A stretch of 64,000 nucleotides of DNA from an uncultured virus (IMG/VR IMGVR_UViG_3300008117_000020) (lineage: Duplodnaviria; Heunggongvirae; Uroviricota; Caudoviricetes): IMG/VR virus record IMGVR_UViG_3300008117_000020. One strand, written 5' to 3'. The position numbers and the translations under genes are program-made. Positions 8,214 to 17,120 of this stretch are shown here, in pieces; positions within the stretch are counted from its first letter, which is position 1; the number at the start of each line of letters is the position of its first letter. The notes beneath the pieces were generated by a model. That model saw only the letters and a list, made by a program, of their open reading frames with translations, was not told where the DNA came from and searched no databases.

Positions 8214-9221
8214 TTAGAACGGGACTTCGTCGAGGTTGACCTTTGCAGCCGGAATGCTCAGGTCGTTTGCACGAGCCGAGTTCGACCACAGGTCACACGC
8301 AATCTCTTCGTTGTCGATGCTGAGCGTGAAACGACCGCAAGGTGCGTTCACGAGGTCATACATCGGCTGAGGCTCGAGGCGTCCACCCTTGCCAACCATA
8401 ATGCGTTGCTGAGAGCCGGCCCAGTTACGAACCCACTGACGAGACTGCTGAAGAAGTGCATCGCGCTCCTTGCTCATCTCGGCAATAGTCGCCTGAGGCT
8501 TTCCGTCCATCTGCTTGGTGATCATGTGAGCCTTCAAGCGAAGACCATATGCGCGAGTAAACGCAGACACCTGAGCGTCGATGAAGTCAATGAAGCCCTG
8601 CTTGGTACGCGACTTCTCACGGTCAACGCTACCGATCTCAAACGAGGTCACGGGAACGCCACCCTGATGGGCATACGCAGCAACGATACGGCCTGGGTTC
8701 TCAATACGACCAGTCACGTCGATTGCACCTGCAGCCTTGAAGACGTCGACAGCGTGCTGAATACCAGCTTCAGATGCACCGAACTGCTGGAAGTACAGAG
8801 GCATACCGTTATTGAAGGTAAAGCCCATGTCATTCAGCGTACGCTCGAAAGCATCACGATCGACAGTCTTGCCGTTTGCGGTGACGAACTGGTAGAAGAG
8901 GTCGTTCAGAGAGACCTTCTGACCATCCTGGACAAGAGCGATGTTCATCTTCACAGGGTTCAAGATACCCGTGACGAGGAAGTACTCCTTACCAGTGTAC
9001 GGCGATTCCTGCTTCAGAACCGAAAGGCGTGTGAGATTTGCGCTCTCAACACTGACTTCGTATGCAGTCTCGACGCCATTGATGGTGCCATTCATCTGGA
9101 CAGTCTTGCCGACAGTCAGAGTGCGGGTAGACGAGGTGGACTTGAAAGCGTCCAAGTTCTCGCCAATCGCATCAAACAGGTCGAGGTCAAGACCGAACTT
9201 GTTTACGTCAATTGTACTCAT
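8214..9221 (-). CDS. Hypothetical protein with SSB-like acidic C-terminus, probably highly expressed
   Basis: 335 aa, ends NLDEVPF, C-ending codon bias. Confidence 0.75.
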   Translation of the reverse strand: MSTIDVNKFGLDLDLFDAIGENLDAFKSTSSTRTLTVGKTVQMNGTINGVETAYEVSVESANLTRLSVLKQESPYTGKEYFLVTGILNPVKMNIALVQDGQKVSLNDLFYQFVTANGKTVDRDAFERTLNDMGFTFNNGMPLYFQQFGASEAGIQHAVDVFKAAGAIDVTGRIENPGRIVAAYAHQGGVPVTSFEIGSVDREKSRTKQGFIDFIDAQVSAFTRAYGLRLKAHMITKQMDGKPQATIAEMSKERDALLQQSRQWVRNWAGSQQRIMVGKGGRLEPQPMYDLVNAPCGRFTLSIDNEEIACDLWSNSARANDLSIPAAKVNLDEVPF

Positions 9222-9315
9222 TGTTTATTCCTTATGTTTTTAATTGTGAGTATATGTGTGGTAGGTGATTACAAGGGAATATCTTAATTCCCTTCTTTTT
9301 TGGGTACCGCTTGGG

Positions 9316-9486
9316 TTAGATCTCGTCGATGATTTCGACGTTTTCTGCACCTTCGCGATATCCAGAGACAAAAGCGTCCTTCAGAGACTTGGACTTGTCA
9401 GCAGTCTTACGCGGCGTTGACTTGATAGCTTCGAGCGTAAGAGCAGTGATCTTGCCAGTCTTTTCGGTGATCTTTTCAATCTTCAT
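9316..9486 (-). CDS. Small hypothetical protein (56 aa)
   Basis: Own translation MKIEKITEKTGK...EIIDEI; AAGGAG RBS. Confidence 0.6.
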   Translation of the reverse strand: MKIEKITEKTGKITALTLEAIKSTPRKTADKSKSLKDAFVSGYREGAENVEIIDEI

Positions 9487-9623
9487 ATTTTTTTATTCTC
9501 CTTCAGAGATACTAGTTCCGGGAAGGAACATTTCGATTATTGCTGTGATAAAGTCCATGATGAAATCCATGTGCACCCCCTTCCCTTCTTTTTTGCAGGG
9601 ATAGGGGGGCACACAGTTTCAGT

Positions 9624-9779
9624 TCAGGCATTCTCCTGATCGTAATACACGTGCATGCGAGTTTGGGCAGGCCGGCGAACCTTTATTACCATGAACTCGT
9701 TGATCAATGCAACGTTGATCACAACCGAAAGAACAACCAAACCAGACACAAGACCAGTGATGTACCAGTACCAAGCCAT
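9624..9779 (-). CDS. Small membrane protein (51 aa)
   Basis: Own translation MAWYWYITGLVSGLVVLSVVINV...; TAATG coupling to the upstream gene. Confidence 0.55.
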   Translation of the reverse strand: MAWYWYITGLVSGLVVLSVVINVALINEFMVIKVRRPAQTRMHVYYDQENA

Positions 9780-10126
9780 TAGTAAATCCTTCCGGTGTAC
9801 TCGCTGTCATCAAGGGTCTTGTAATTGAAGCCATGTCCGCCTTGGATTACAACACGCTTGAGCGGAATGCCGTTGCGTGTTGCGTGCTCTTTTGCGATGA
9901 TGATTGCCTGCTGTTCGTTGAGACAACCGATGTCGAGCTGAATCCAGTCGGACGCGTCACCAGTTGGCGACGGAATGTGGAGAACAACCTGCCACTTGGA
10001 ATACCAGTAGCCATCTCGCTCTTCAATTGAGATTTGCCACGGTATACCGCGAAACATTTTGTCTTCGATCATTCCTACTGGATGCTTGATTTCGATTGTG
10101 TCGGTTGGGATGAGGCTGTATTTCAT
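9779..10126 (-). CDS. Hypothetical protein
   Basis: Start MKYSL with TAATG overlap. Confidence 0.65.
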   Translation of the reverse strand: MKYSLIPTDTIEIKHPVGMIEDKMFRGIPWQISIEERDGYWYSKWQVVLHIPSPTGDASDWIQLDIGCLNEQQAIIIAKEHATRNGIPLKRVVIQGGHGFNYKTLDDSEYTGRIY

Positions 10127-10535
10127 TACTTGCTCCTTGTGATGTACTTGGTGCGTGCTGCGTCGCCGGCATAGAGTCCGATGACGAAACACACGGTGGT
10201 GATTGCTACGTTGATGTGCTTACGCATATTTGATTTTCTTCTTTCCGCAGATTGAGCAGTAGATGATTTGCCGGGGATCATATGGGTCATTGTTGAGCCA
10301 CTTGGTGTTAAGCCAAGCATGACCGTGAGTCCAGCATTTTAGTCTACGCATTCTGCTTTTCCTTTTGCTTGTAGTGGTTATAGATGTCATCCAAGGTAGA
10401 TGCCTTGTCTCCGGCCCAATCGACGTCCTTCTTTTCTTCTTTGTTCTCGTTCTCACCGAGCACCCAGCAGGTGAAGGCGATTCCGAGCAAGAAGCCGGCG
10501 TTGATAAGTCGAAGTGACTTGATGAATGATTTCAT
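10126..10535 (-). other. Three short overlapping ORFs (10344..10535, 10220..10351, 10126..10227), two hydrophobic
   Basis: Start/stop overlaps; AGGAG RBS before 10535. Confidence 0.5.
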
Positions 10536-10639
10536 TTGGTTTCTCCTATTGTTTGAGATTTTTTGGACAAAGCATATCTTTTATGCGTTGCCCTTCTTTT
10601 TTGTTTGAACTTTGGGTTGAGGGTCTAAAAATAAAAAAG

Positions 10640-11095
10640 AGAGTGGTACCAGTAAGAGTAGGTGGGCCCAACAAACCAACTAAGTTGGGTGATCCACCTA
10701 CTCTTTACCGGGAGGTACCATGCAAGAATAAGCATATTGATTAGACTTTGACCACGCATATGCGAGACGTGGCGGTATATCGGCTCTAATCAACCTAGCT
10801 AGTTCACATCCCTACTGCAGTAGGCCATTTGTCATCGATAATGCCAAACGGATGAGCACTCTAGCATGCTCAAGATAAAGATTTGTGAGCCTTTTTAGGT
10901 CATGCTCCAGGACCACATTAGTTTCTCCTAATGTTATTTCTCGTACATATGTACAAGAGCGAGAAAGGACCAGTTGCTATTATGTATAACTAGGGGACTG
11001 GCAACTCCCAACCATTTCAGATTTATACACCTATATGGTCAATAAGTGTTCTGTTGACAAGATGCCTAGGGGACAGAGAACTCCCAACCATTTTT
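10640..11095 (-). ncRNA. Cluster of structured non-coding elements
   Basis: Long hairpin 10645-10721; stem TTGATTAGA/TCTAATCAA; pseudoknot GGTC-CTG-GAGC-AT-GACC-TAAAAAG-GCTC; two covarying copies of a GGTTGGGAGTT-N5-TCCCCTAG motif. Confidence 0.55.
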
Positions 11096-11292
11096 TATTT
11101 ATACACCCATATGGTCGATGGGTGTATGATGTCGGTGATTTCAGCTTTAGTTCCCATGTACATGTTGCCGTTTGGATCGATCCAGGAAACGAGGTCGATC
11201 AGAGTGGCTTCTGCCATGTTCTGCTTGGTGTTGGCGAGTTCAATGAGATCTCGCACGCGGATGTTGTCTTGGGTCATGTCACGAAGAGCCAT
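11095..11292 (-). CDS. Hypothetical protein
   Basis: 65 aa; AGGAGG RBS. Confidence 0.6.
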   Translation of the reverse strand: MALRDMTQDNIRVRDLIELANTKQNMAEATLIDLVSWIDPNGNMYMGTKAEITDIIHPSTIWVYK

Positions 11293-11439
11293 GATGTTTT
11301 CCTCCTATTTGGAAACTTGGGGCTAGATCCCTTCTTTTCACTCTGTTTAGAATTTTGAGAACTAGGATCTATAAATAAAAAAGGTAGTCCCAGGGGAGCC
11401 GAAGCCCCCCCGGGAAACCAGATGGATGATGGGTAGTGA

Positions 11440-11817
11440 CTAGAAAGCGTCGTCGATGGTCGGCTCGTCGCTCTCGAAGTCGTCGATGATGACGGTGGGA
11501 GCGATGGGAGCAGGCCCGAGACGGCGGATGGAACCGTTGAGCCAGACCGTCTGACGGGGCTTCTTGAGCGCCACGATCGTGCCGTCTTCGGCGAGGTAGT
11601 CGACTTCGATGTCCTCGAACTTGTAGTCCGTGGTCTCGAGACGGTGCCACTTCGCGAGGGGCTTCTCGGGGTTGAAGAGACCGAGATCGATGAGGGCGGA
11701 AAGGGTGACGGAGCGATCGACCGCGTCGCACATCAGAAGAACCTTTGTCTTGCCTGATGCTGTGACCTGATCGTCGCAGATATGGGTGACGGTGAACGTC
11801 ATCGGTGAGTGGGACAT
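11440..11817 (-). CDS. Hypothetical acidic-tailed protein, paralog A
   Basis: 125 aa, highly similar to 12066..12443; AGGAGG RBS. Confidence 0.85.
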   Translation of the reverse strand: MSHSPMTFTVTHICDDQVTASGKTKVLLMCDAVDRSVTLSALIDLGLFNPEKPLAKWHRLETTDYKFEDIEVDYLAEDGTIVALKKPRQTVWLNGSIRRLGPAPIAPTVIIDDFESDEPTIDDAF

Positions 11818-12065
11818 ATTGACCTCCTATGGTCGGATTGTGGGAAGGAAATCCCTTCTTTTCACTCGACCCTAAACTATCGGTCTAGGGCCTAGTTGGA
11901 AAAGGGGGGGAGTCGGTAGTCCGACTCGTCCGGCGCGAAGCGACGGCCCGAACACGAGTCCCATCCCGAGCGAAGCGAGGGATGGGCGAGTGTTCGGATA
12001 AAAGGGGGGTGTCCCCCGAGGAAGCCGTAGCAACCCCGGGGGACGTGGATGGAAGTCGGGACGCG

Positions 12066-12443
12066 TTAGAAGGCGTCGTCGATGATGGTCGGGCCGGACT
12101 CGTCGATCTCGTCGATGATGGTCGTCGGAGCGATCGGAGCGGGTCCGAGTCGGCGGATGGAGCCGTTGAGCCACACGGTCTGGCGGGGCTTCTTGAGAGC
12201 CACGATGGAACCGTCTTCGGCGATGTAGTCGGTCTCGACACCTTCGAACTTGTAGTCGTCGGTCACGAGGCGGTGCCACTTCGCGAGGGGCTTGGCGGGG
12301 TTGAAGAGGCCGAGGTCGATCAGTGCGGAGAGCGTGATGGACTTGTCGACGCCGTCAGCCATGAGGAGGACCTTGGTCTTGCCGGAAGCGGTGACCTGGT
12401 CGTCGCAGATGTGCGTGACGGTAAAGGTGAGTGGGGTGGACAT
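12066..12443 (-). CDS. Hypothetical acidic-tailed protein, paralog B
   Basis: 125 aa; shares TFTVTHICDDQVTASGKTKVLLM and IDDAF end with paralog A. Confidence 0.85.
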   Translation of the reverse strand: MSTPLTFTVTHICDDQVTASGKTKVLLMADGVDKSITLSALIDLGLFNPAKPLAKWHRLVTDDYKFEGVETDYIAEDGSIVALKKPRQTVWLNGSIRRLGPAPIAPTTIIDEIDESGPTIIDDAF

Positions 12444-12658
12444 GGTTGAACTCCTGTTCGGGTTGTGGGGCGGTTGCCCTTCTTTTTACTCGACCGTGTG
12501 TTTGTTGGTCTAGTCGAGTGCATCGGGTCTGTTTAGAATAGAACCGATAGCAGAGACCTAAAGCCTATTGAGACTTGAAGTCTTTAATCTGCCATAAAAG
12601 AAAAGACCCCACCACACTGGCTGTGTGGCAGGGCTTTCCTTGTTGGTGGTCCGTCTGG

Positions 12659-14998
12659 TTAACGGTTGGTCTCGCTCAGGGCTTCGAGTGCCCGGATGAA
12701 CCAGTCGACCGGCTGCTTCTCGCTCTTCGGAGAGAACGAATACAGCCACTTGTCGTGGTTCACACCAGGGAACTTTTCCTTGGCATTGAATGCTGCACGG
12801 ACGAGCAGGAGAATCTTGCGATTCGTGTACTGCTCACCAGCTTCGGCATCGGAACGCTCCAACATCTTCACGAAGTCCAGGGCCCACGTCTTGGTGGAAG
12901 CCTGGTAACGCTTGATCTTGTTGAGTTCTTCCTTCATAGATGCTGTCTCTGCAGGAGTGAACTCGATGTTCTCGATGACGTCAGGCATGATGATGTTGTC
13001 GTTGACCCACTTCACCATCTCGGAGATAGCAGACTTGGCAGTCGCCTCTCGTTCACGGTGAAGCTTGATCCACTTCGAGTCATCAACGTTGCCCGGGTAC
13101 ATTCCGTACTTCTCGGCCATAGTGTCGAACATCCTGGTATAGTACCAGAAAGCGTCAATCTGACCGCCAGTTGCGTCTGCAATGATGTTCATCGTGTCAT
13201 CGACATTCTGAGCAATCAATGCAATGTCCTCGGGAGTACCGCAGCCGGTCTGCAGAGTATCAATCATGTCCTCATTGGAACATACCTGAGACTCGATGTG
13301 TCCGCCGACCAGGGCAGCATGCAGCATCTTGGGGATGGTTGCACCGCCTGTACCAGCAGGAAACAGCAAACTAGCCGACCTGACTCTGTCCTCGTCTTCG
13401 AGAGAGTAGATCTCTCCAAGCTCAAGGCCAGCATTGCCGGGAAGCTCTCCAACCTCCAGAAGGTGTTCGACCTGGCTGTACTGTGGAACAAGTCTGTTCA
13501 ACTCGTTCAAGTCCAGTTCAGGAGGAGCTTCTGTGTAGGTATGGAACACCGGACCTGGATTAACCACAGGGATGAAACTCCACTCACCGAATGCGTTCGG
13601 ATTGCGAAGGATCAGTGCCCCGAGGCGACCTTTCACCGTACGGATCAAGATCTTGCCAGTATCGTCCTGGTCCCAACCTCCATGGTTGGAGTAGTTCTTC
13701 TCGAAGAATTCGCCCGGAACAACAAAGCAGTGAGTCTTCTCGTGAAAGAAGCCCCAAGGCTTGCTGGTAACAGGGAACCCAAAGAGTCGAAGAACTTCCT
13801 GAGTAACGACGTGAGCAGCGTAAGCCCACGGCACCGGAAACCAGTGACGGGACTTATCTTCCCAAGACTCCAGCTTGCGAAAGTTTCCATTCTCGTCTTC
13901 AACCGTTTTCTTGGTCAAAAGCTGCATCTTCAAACCGTTCACGCTCAAGAACATGAGGGTCTGGGATGCAGTGAGAGGAACACCCAACTTGTTAAGTCGA
14001 GCTACCGCATTCTGGATGTGGTACACGAGACCACGATCTGAGTCAAACTTCTCTTCGTCATCCTCGTGAAGGATTTCGTCCTGATGTTCAACCAGCTTGG
14101 TAAGCCACTCGGAACGCTTGCCACTCTTGACATCTGCAAAGAATGTTGTCAGCATTCCCTTCAGGCTGTCCATGAGTGTTGCATCGTCGTAGAGGCTCTT
14201 GACACGCCAGTAGATGGAATGGCTCAGATCGTCCGACTTGACAGGAATTGCTCCGTAAGAAGGGTTGATCGTGATCCATTGCCAGCCACTTGTGTAGATT
14301 TCTGGCTTGACGTTGGGCTCAAACGTGAGCACATCGTAGCCTTGCATCTGCTTCTTCGGAAGCACAAGAGCATTACCCTTGATCAGTCCGAATGGCGTGA
14401 GCATGCGAATCTCAACGACGGCTGTGACACCACCATTGATCTTTGCAATCTGCTGAGCTCTCCAACGAGGTGAAGCGTTGGTGTTGGATAGGATGCATCT
14501 GATGGCAAGGTCGCGACTGATCGCCGAGATACCATCCACGTACTTCTCAGGGAAGTTGTGGATCGGCATACCAACCTTGATCGAGAGATCATCGTCGTAC
14601 AGCCAAGCGCATGCCAAGCGTGACAATTCTGCCAGACGCTTTGACATCTTCTTGGAGTTCTTGATGAACAGCCCGATCTCCGCAAGGGAGCTCATCCAGC
14701 CTTTGTTCGCCTTGATGCGGAGAACATACTGGTCAGATGATGTGGACCACCTAAGCTCCTCAGAGGAGAATCGATGATCCTTGTCGACGGCAGGTTCGCT
14801 CTTCATGCGACCCCACCGCTTGGTGTGGATCTTCCTGACTTCCAACCGGTACTTGTCCGGAAAGAAGTGGTTCAGGAAGGCGGGTTCGTAACTCCCGCTT
14901 GTGAACTCTTCGAGGACTTTGTCTTCCTCGAGGAGCGGAGCTGACGTCAGCAGCCGAAGCCACATCTTTCCTCTCCTTACGATGCCGTGAAATGGCAC
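12659..14998 (-). CDS. Putative single-chain two-barrel (YonO/QDE-1-like) RNA polymerase
   Basis: VDGISAISRDLA, EIRML...GLIKGNALV, GGWDQDD and LILRNP resemble the DG.G.IS..LA, QIR..G.KG, GG.D.DGD and RNP motifs of the QDE-1/RdRP family. Confidence 0.6.
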   Translation of the reverse strand: MPFHGIVRRGKMWLRLLTSAPLLEEDKVLEEFTSGSYEPAFLNHFFPDKYRLEVRKIHTKRWGRMKSEPAVDKDHRFSSEELRWSTSSDQYVLRIKANKGWMSSLAEIGLFIKNSKKMSKRLAELSRLACAWLYDDDLSIKVGMPIHNFPEKYVDGISAISRDLAIRCILSNTNASPRWRAQQIAKINGGVTAVVEIRMLTPFGLIKGNALVLPKKQMQGYDVLTFEPNVKPEIYTSGWQWITINPSYGAIPVKSDDLSHSIYWRVKSLYDDATLMDSLKGMLTTFFADVKSGKRSEWLTKLVEHQDEILHEDDEEKFDSDRGLVYHIQNAVARLNKLGVPLTASQTLMFLSVNGLKMQLLTKKTVEDENGNFRKLESWEDKSRHWFPVPWAYAAHVVTQEVLRLFGFPVTSKPWGFFHEKTHCFVVPGEFFEKNYSNHGGWDQDDTGKILIRTVKGRLGALILRNPNAFGEWSFIPVVNPGPVFHTYTEAPPELDLNELNRLVPQYSQVEHLLEVGELPGNAGLELGEIYSLEDEDRVRSASLLFPAGTGGATIPKMLHAALVGGHIESQVCSNEDMIDTLQTGCGTPEDIALIAQNVDDTMNIIADATGGQIDAFWYYTRMFDTMAEKYGMYPGNVDDSKWIKLHREREATAKSAISEMVKWVNDNIIMPDVIENIEFTPAETASMKEELNKIKRYQASTKTWALDFVKMLERSDAEAGEQYTNRKILLLVRAAFNAKEKFPGVNHDKWLYSFSPKSEKQPVDWFIRALEALSETNR

Positions 14999-15164
14999 GT
15001 TGTACCTCCTGGTACTTTGTTGTGTAGAGGCCGTCTACACGCGGTTTGTGGCATTTGCTCAGACTTGAGGTCTTTGCTCTACCAAAAAAGAAAAAGCTCT
15101 CCCTAAGGAGAGCAATTCCTTCTTCTAATCACTTAAGATTAGGAAATGTCATTTTTTATTCGAA

Positions 15165-15578
15165 CTAGCGAATGTTGCGAGCTTTGATGTGCTGAGCCTT
15201 GAGTTTGAGAAGCTCGTCGATCTTTTCTGAGCCCCAAGTAACAGTCTGCTTTTCAGCACCCGCAATGTGAGCTGTCATGATCTTGATGATCTCGTTTTTC
15301 TCATCTTTGGCAAGCACCTGCTGCAGCTCCTTGAAGAGATTGCGAATGAGATTGACTTGTGCTTCGCTCATCGGATTGGTGTTCACCTTCTTGAAGCCGG
15401 TGCCTTTGCAGGTAAAGCAGTTGCCGATGGATCCGTCCTTAAGCGGGACGTTGTACTTGCCGGTGCCAAGGCACTTGGGGCAGGTGGGCTGGTTGTTCGC
15501 CATGTTGATGGTCTCCTTGTTGTTGTTGGTTGTGGTCAGATCGTTTCCGATCTCTGGGGTTGGCTGGTTTGCCTTCAT
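15165..15578 (-). CDS. DnaJ-type zinc-finger protein
   Basis: CPKCLGTG...CFTCKGTG then PMSEAQ helical domain. Confidence 0.8.
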   Translation of the reverse strand: MKANQPTPEIGNDLTTTNNNKETINMANNQPTCPKCLGTGKYNVPLKDGSIGNCFTCKGTGFKKVNTNPMSEAQVNLIRNLFKELQQVLAKDEKNEIIKIMTAHIAGAEKQTVTWGSEKIDELLKLKAQHIKARNIR

Positions 15579-15707
15579 GGTAGTTTTTTCCTTTTTGTTT
15601 TGGGCCTTGAGGCCTTGTGTCTACCAAAAAAGGAAAAGGCCCCCCTTTCGGGGAGCCCTCCTTCTTCCGACCCAAGGGGGTCAGGTGGTCAACGTGATCG
15701 GCTCAGA

Positions 15708-16325
15708 TCAGGACGCGTTGGCGCGCTTGATCTCGAAGAGCTTGTCGATCGCAGCGGAAGCCCACTTGGACGTCTGCTTCTGGCTGCCGTTGATGTGAGC
15801 AACCATCTTGTTGGTGAGGTTGTTCTGCTGCTCCTTGGTCATGAACCCCTGAGCCTCTGCGAAGAGGCTGCGGATGAGCTTGATCTGTGCCTCGCTCATC
15901 GGACGGGTGCTGGACTGGTTGATGCCGGTGCCCTTGCAGGGGAAGCACTTGCCGATCGACCCGTCCTTCAGCGGGACGTTGTAGATGCCGGTGCCGGAGC
16001 ACTTGGGGCAGGTGGTCGAGTTGGTTGCCATGGTGGTGGCCTCCTTCTTGTTGTTGTTGGTTTCGGTGTCGAAGCCATCCTCGATGATGACGATGACTTC
16101 TTCCTTCGGCTGGATTGCCTTCATGTTGTTCTCCTTGTTGAGGTTGTTAGTTGCCACGAGGATCTTGAGATCCTTGATGATGATTTCTCCGTGCGGATAG
16201 TTGGACGTTGCCGCAGGATTGATTGCATTCAGGATGTGCATCAGTCTCTCTCTAGAAAGACGATCAGCAACCTTTTCCAGCAGTTCGTGGATGATCTGCC
16301 TCTGCTCGGTGGTCATTGCCTTCAT
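15708..16325 (-). CDS. DnaJ-type zinc-finger protein, paralog of 15165..15578
   Basis: CPKCSGTG...CFPCKGTG...PMSEAQ. Confidence 0.8.
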   Translation of the reverse strand: MKAMTTEQRQIIHELLEKVADRLSRERLMHILNAINPAATSNYPHGEIIIKDLKILVATNNLNKENNMKAIQPKEEVIVIIEDGFDTETNNNKKEATTMATNSTTCPKCSGTGIYNVPLKDGSIGKCFPCKGTGINQSSTRPMSEAQIKLIRSLFAEAQGFMTKEQQNNLTNKMVAHINGSQKQTSKWASAAIDKLFEIKRANAS

Positions 16326-16429
16326 GGTAGTTCTCCTTGTTGTCTGGGCCTTGAGGCCTTTGTTCTACCAAAAAAGAAGAGACCCCATCTGGGGCCTCTC
16401 CTCACCTTGTCCGAAGACTCAGTTATTGA

Positions 16430-16654
16430 TCAGTCGAACAGTGTCGGCTGCTTCTTGACGTAGGCAGCCTTCTTGGCAGCCTTCTTTCTGTTTTCCTGAC
16501 GCTTCTTTCCGCATGGAACGCAAAATGTGCGAAGTGCTCCGTCAACCCAAAGCGCAATGCTTGAGTCTGGACCCTTGTACACGTATGTACGTTCCCCGTT
16601 TTCGTTCTTACAATCTTTGTTGTAACAATCGCCATTGTGGTATGAGTAAGCCAT
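16430..16654 (-). CDS. Small Cys-containing protein ending in a clamp-binding-like motif
   Basis: Start MAYSY (TAATG overlap, GGAGG RBS); ends KQPTLFD. Confidence 0.65.
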   Translation of the reverse strand: MAYSYHNGDCYNKDCKNENGERTYVYKGPDSSIALWVDGALRTFCVPCGKKRQENRKKAAKKAAYVKKQPTLFD

Positions 16655-16995
16655 TACTGACCTCCTCCTTTCTTGTTTGGGCACTCGCCTTCGATGAGAA
16701 AGCGCTTGCTTCGCATGCATCCGTAGTCCTCGACTCGCTCCACGACCTTGCGGTAGTGAATTCCGTCTCCGAAGATTCGAACGTATGGTTTGTTGAGGAT
16801 TCCTCCGATGATTCGACCGACACCCCATGCGATGTCAGAGAGCTCATCCTTGAACTCAGCAATGTTCTTGACTTCCAGAAGCTCCCAGATTTCTCCACGA
16901 AGCTTTCCGTCCACCAGCTCACGGCTGAAGAGGTCAGCGACCCCATCCTTTGGCGAACGCACATCCATGCATCCGCACCACTGAACCTTTTTCAT
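16654..16995 (-). CDS. Possible MazG-like all-alpha NTP pyrophosphatase-fold protein
   Basis: GEIWELLE...FKDELSDI acidic pattern. Confidence 0.45.
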   Translation of the reverse strand: MKKVQWCGCMDVRSPKDGVADLFSRELVDGKLRGEIWELLEVKNIAEFKDELSDIAWGVGRIIGGILNKPYVRIFGDGIHYRKVVERVEDYGCMRSKRFLIEGECPNKKGGGQ

Positions 16996-17120
16996 GGTTC
17001 TCCTTTTTTATATTGACCTTGGGTTAGAGGTCTAGTTACTACCCAAAAAAAAGAAACCCCTTACTAGCCCGTGTGGACGACTAGCAAGGGGATATCTTTT
17101 TTGTTTTTTAGTAGCAGATG

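Noticed and set aside
9619..9834. ORF-track 71-aa frame
   Set aside because: The alternative frame 9624..9779 is translationally coupled and gives a coherent membrane protein
12575..14041. 488-aa plus-strand ORF, and similar long antisense ORFs at 8211..9287 and 15267..16463
   Set aside because: Shadow frames of GC-rich minus-strand genes; no RBS or recognisable motifs
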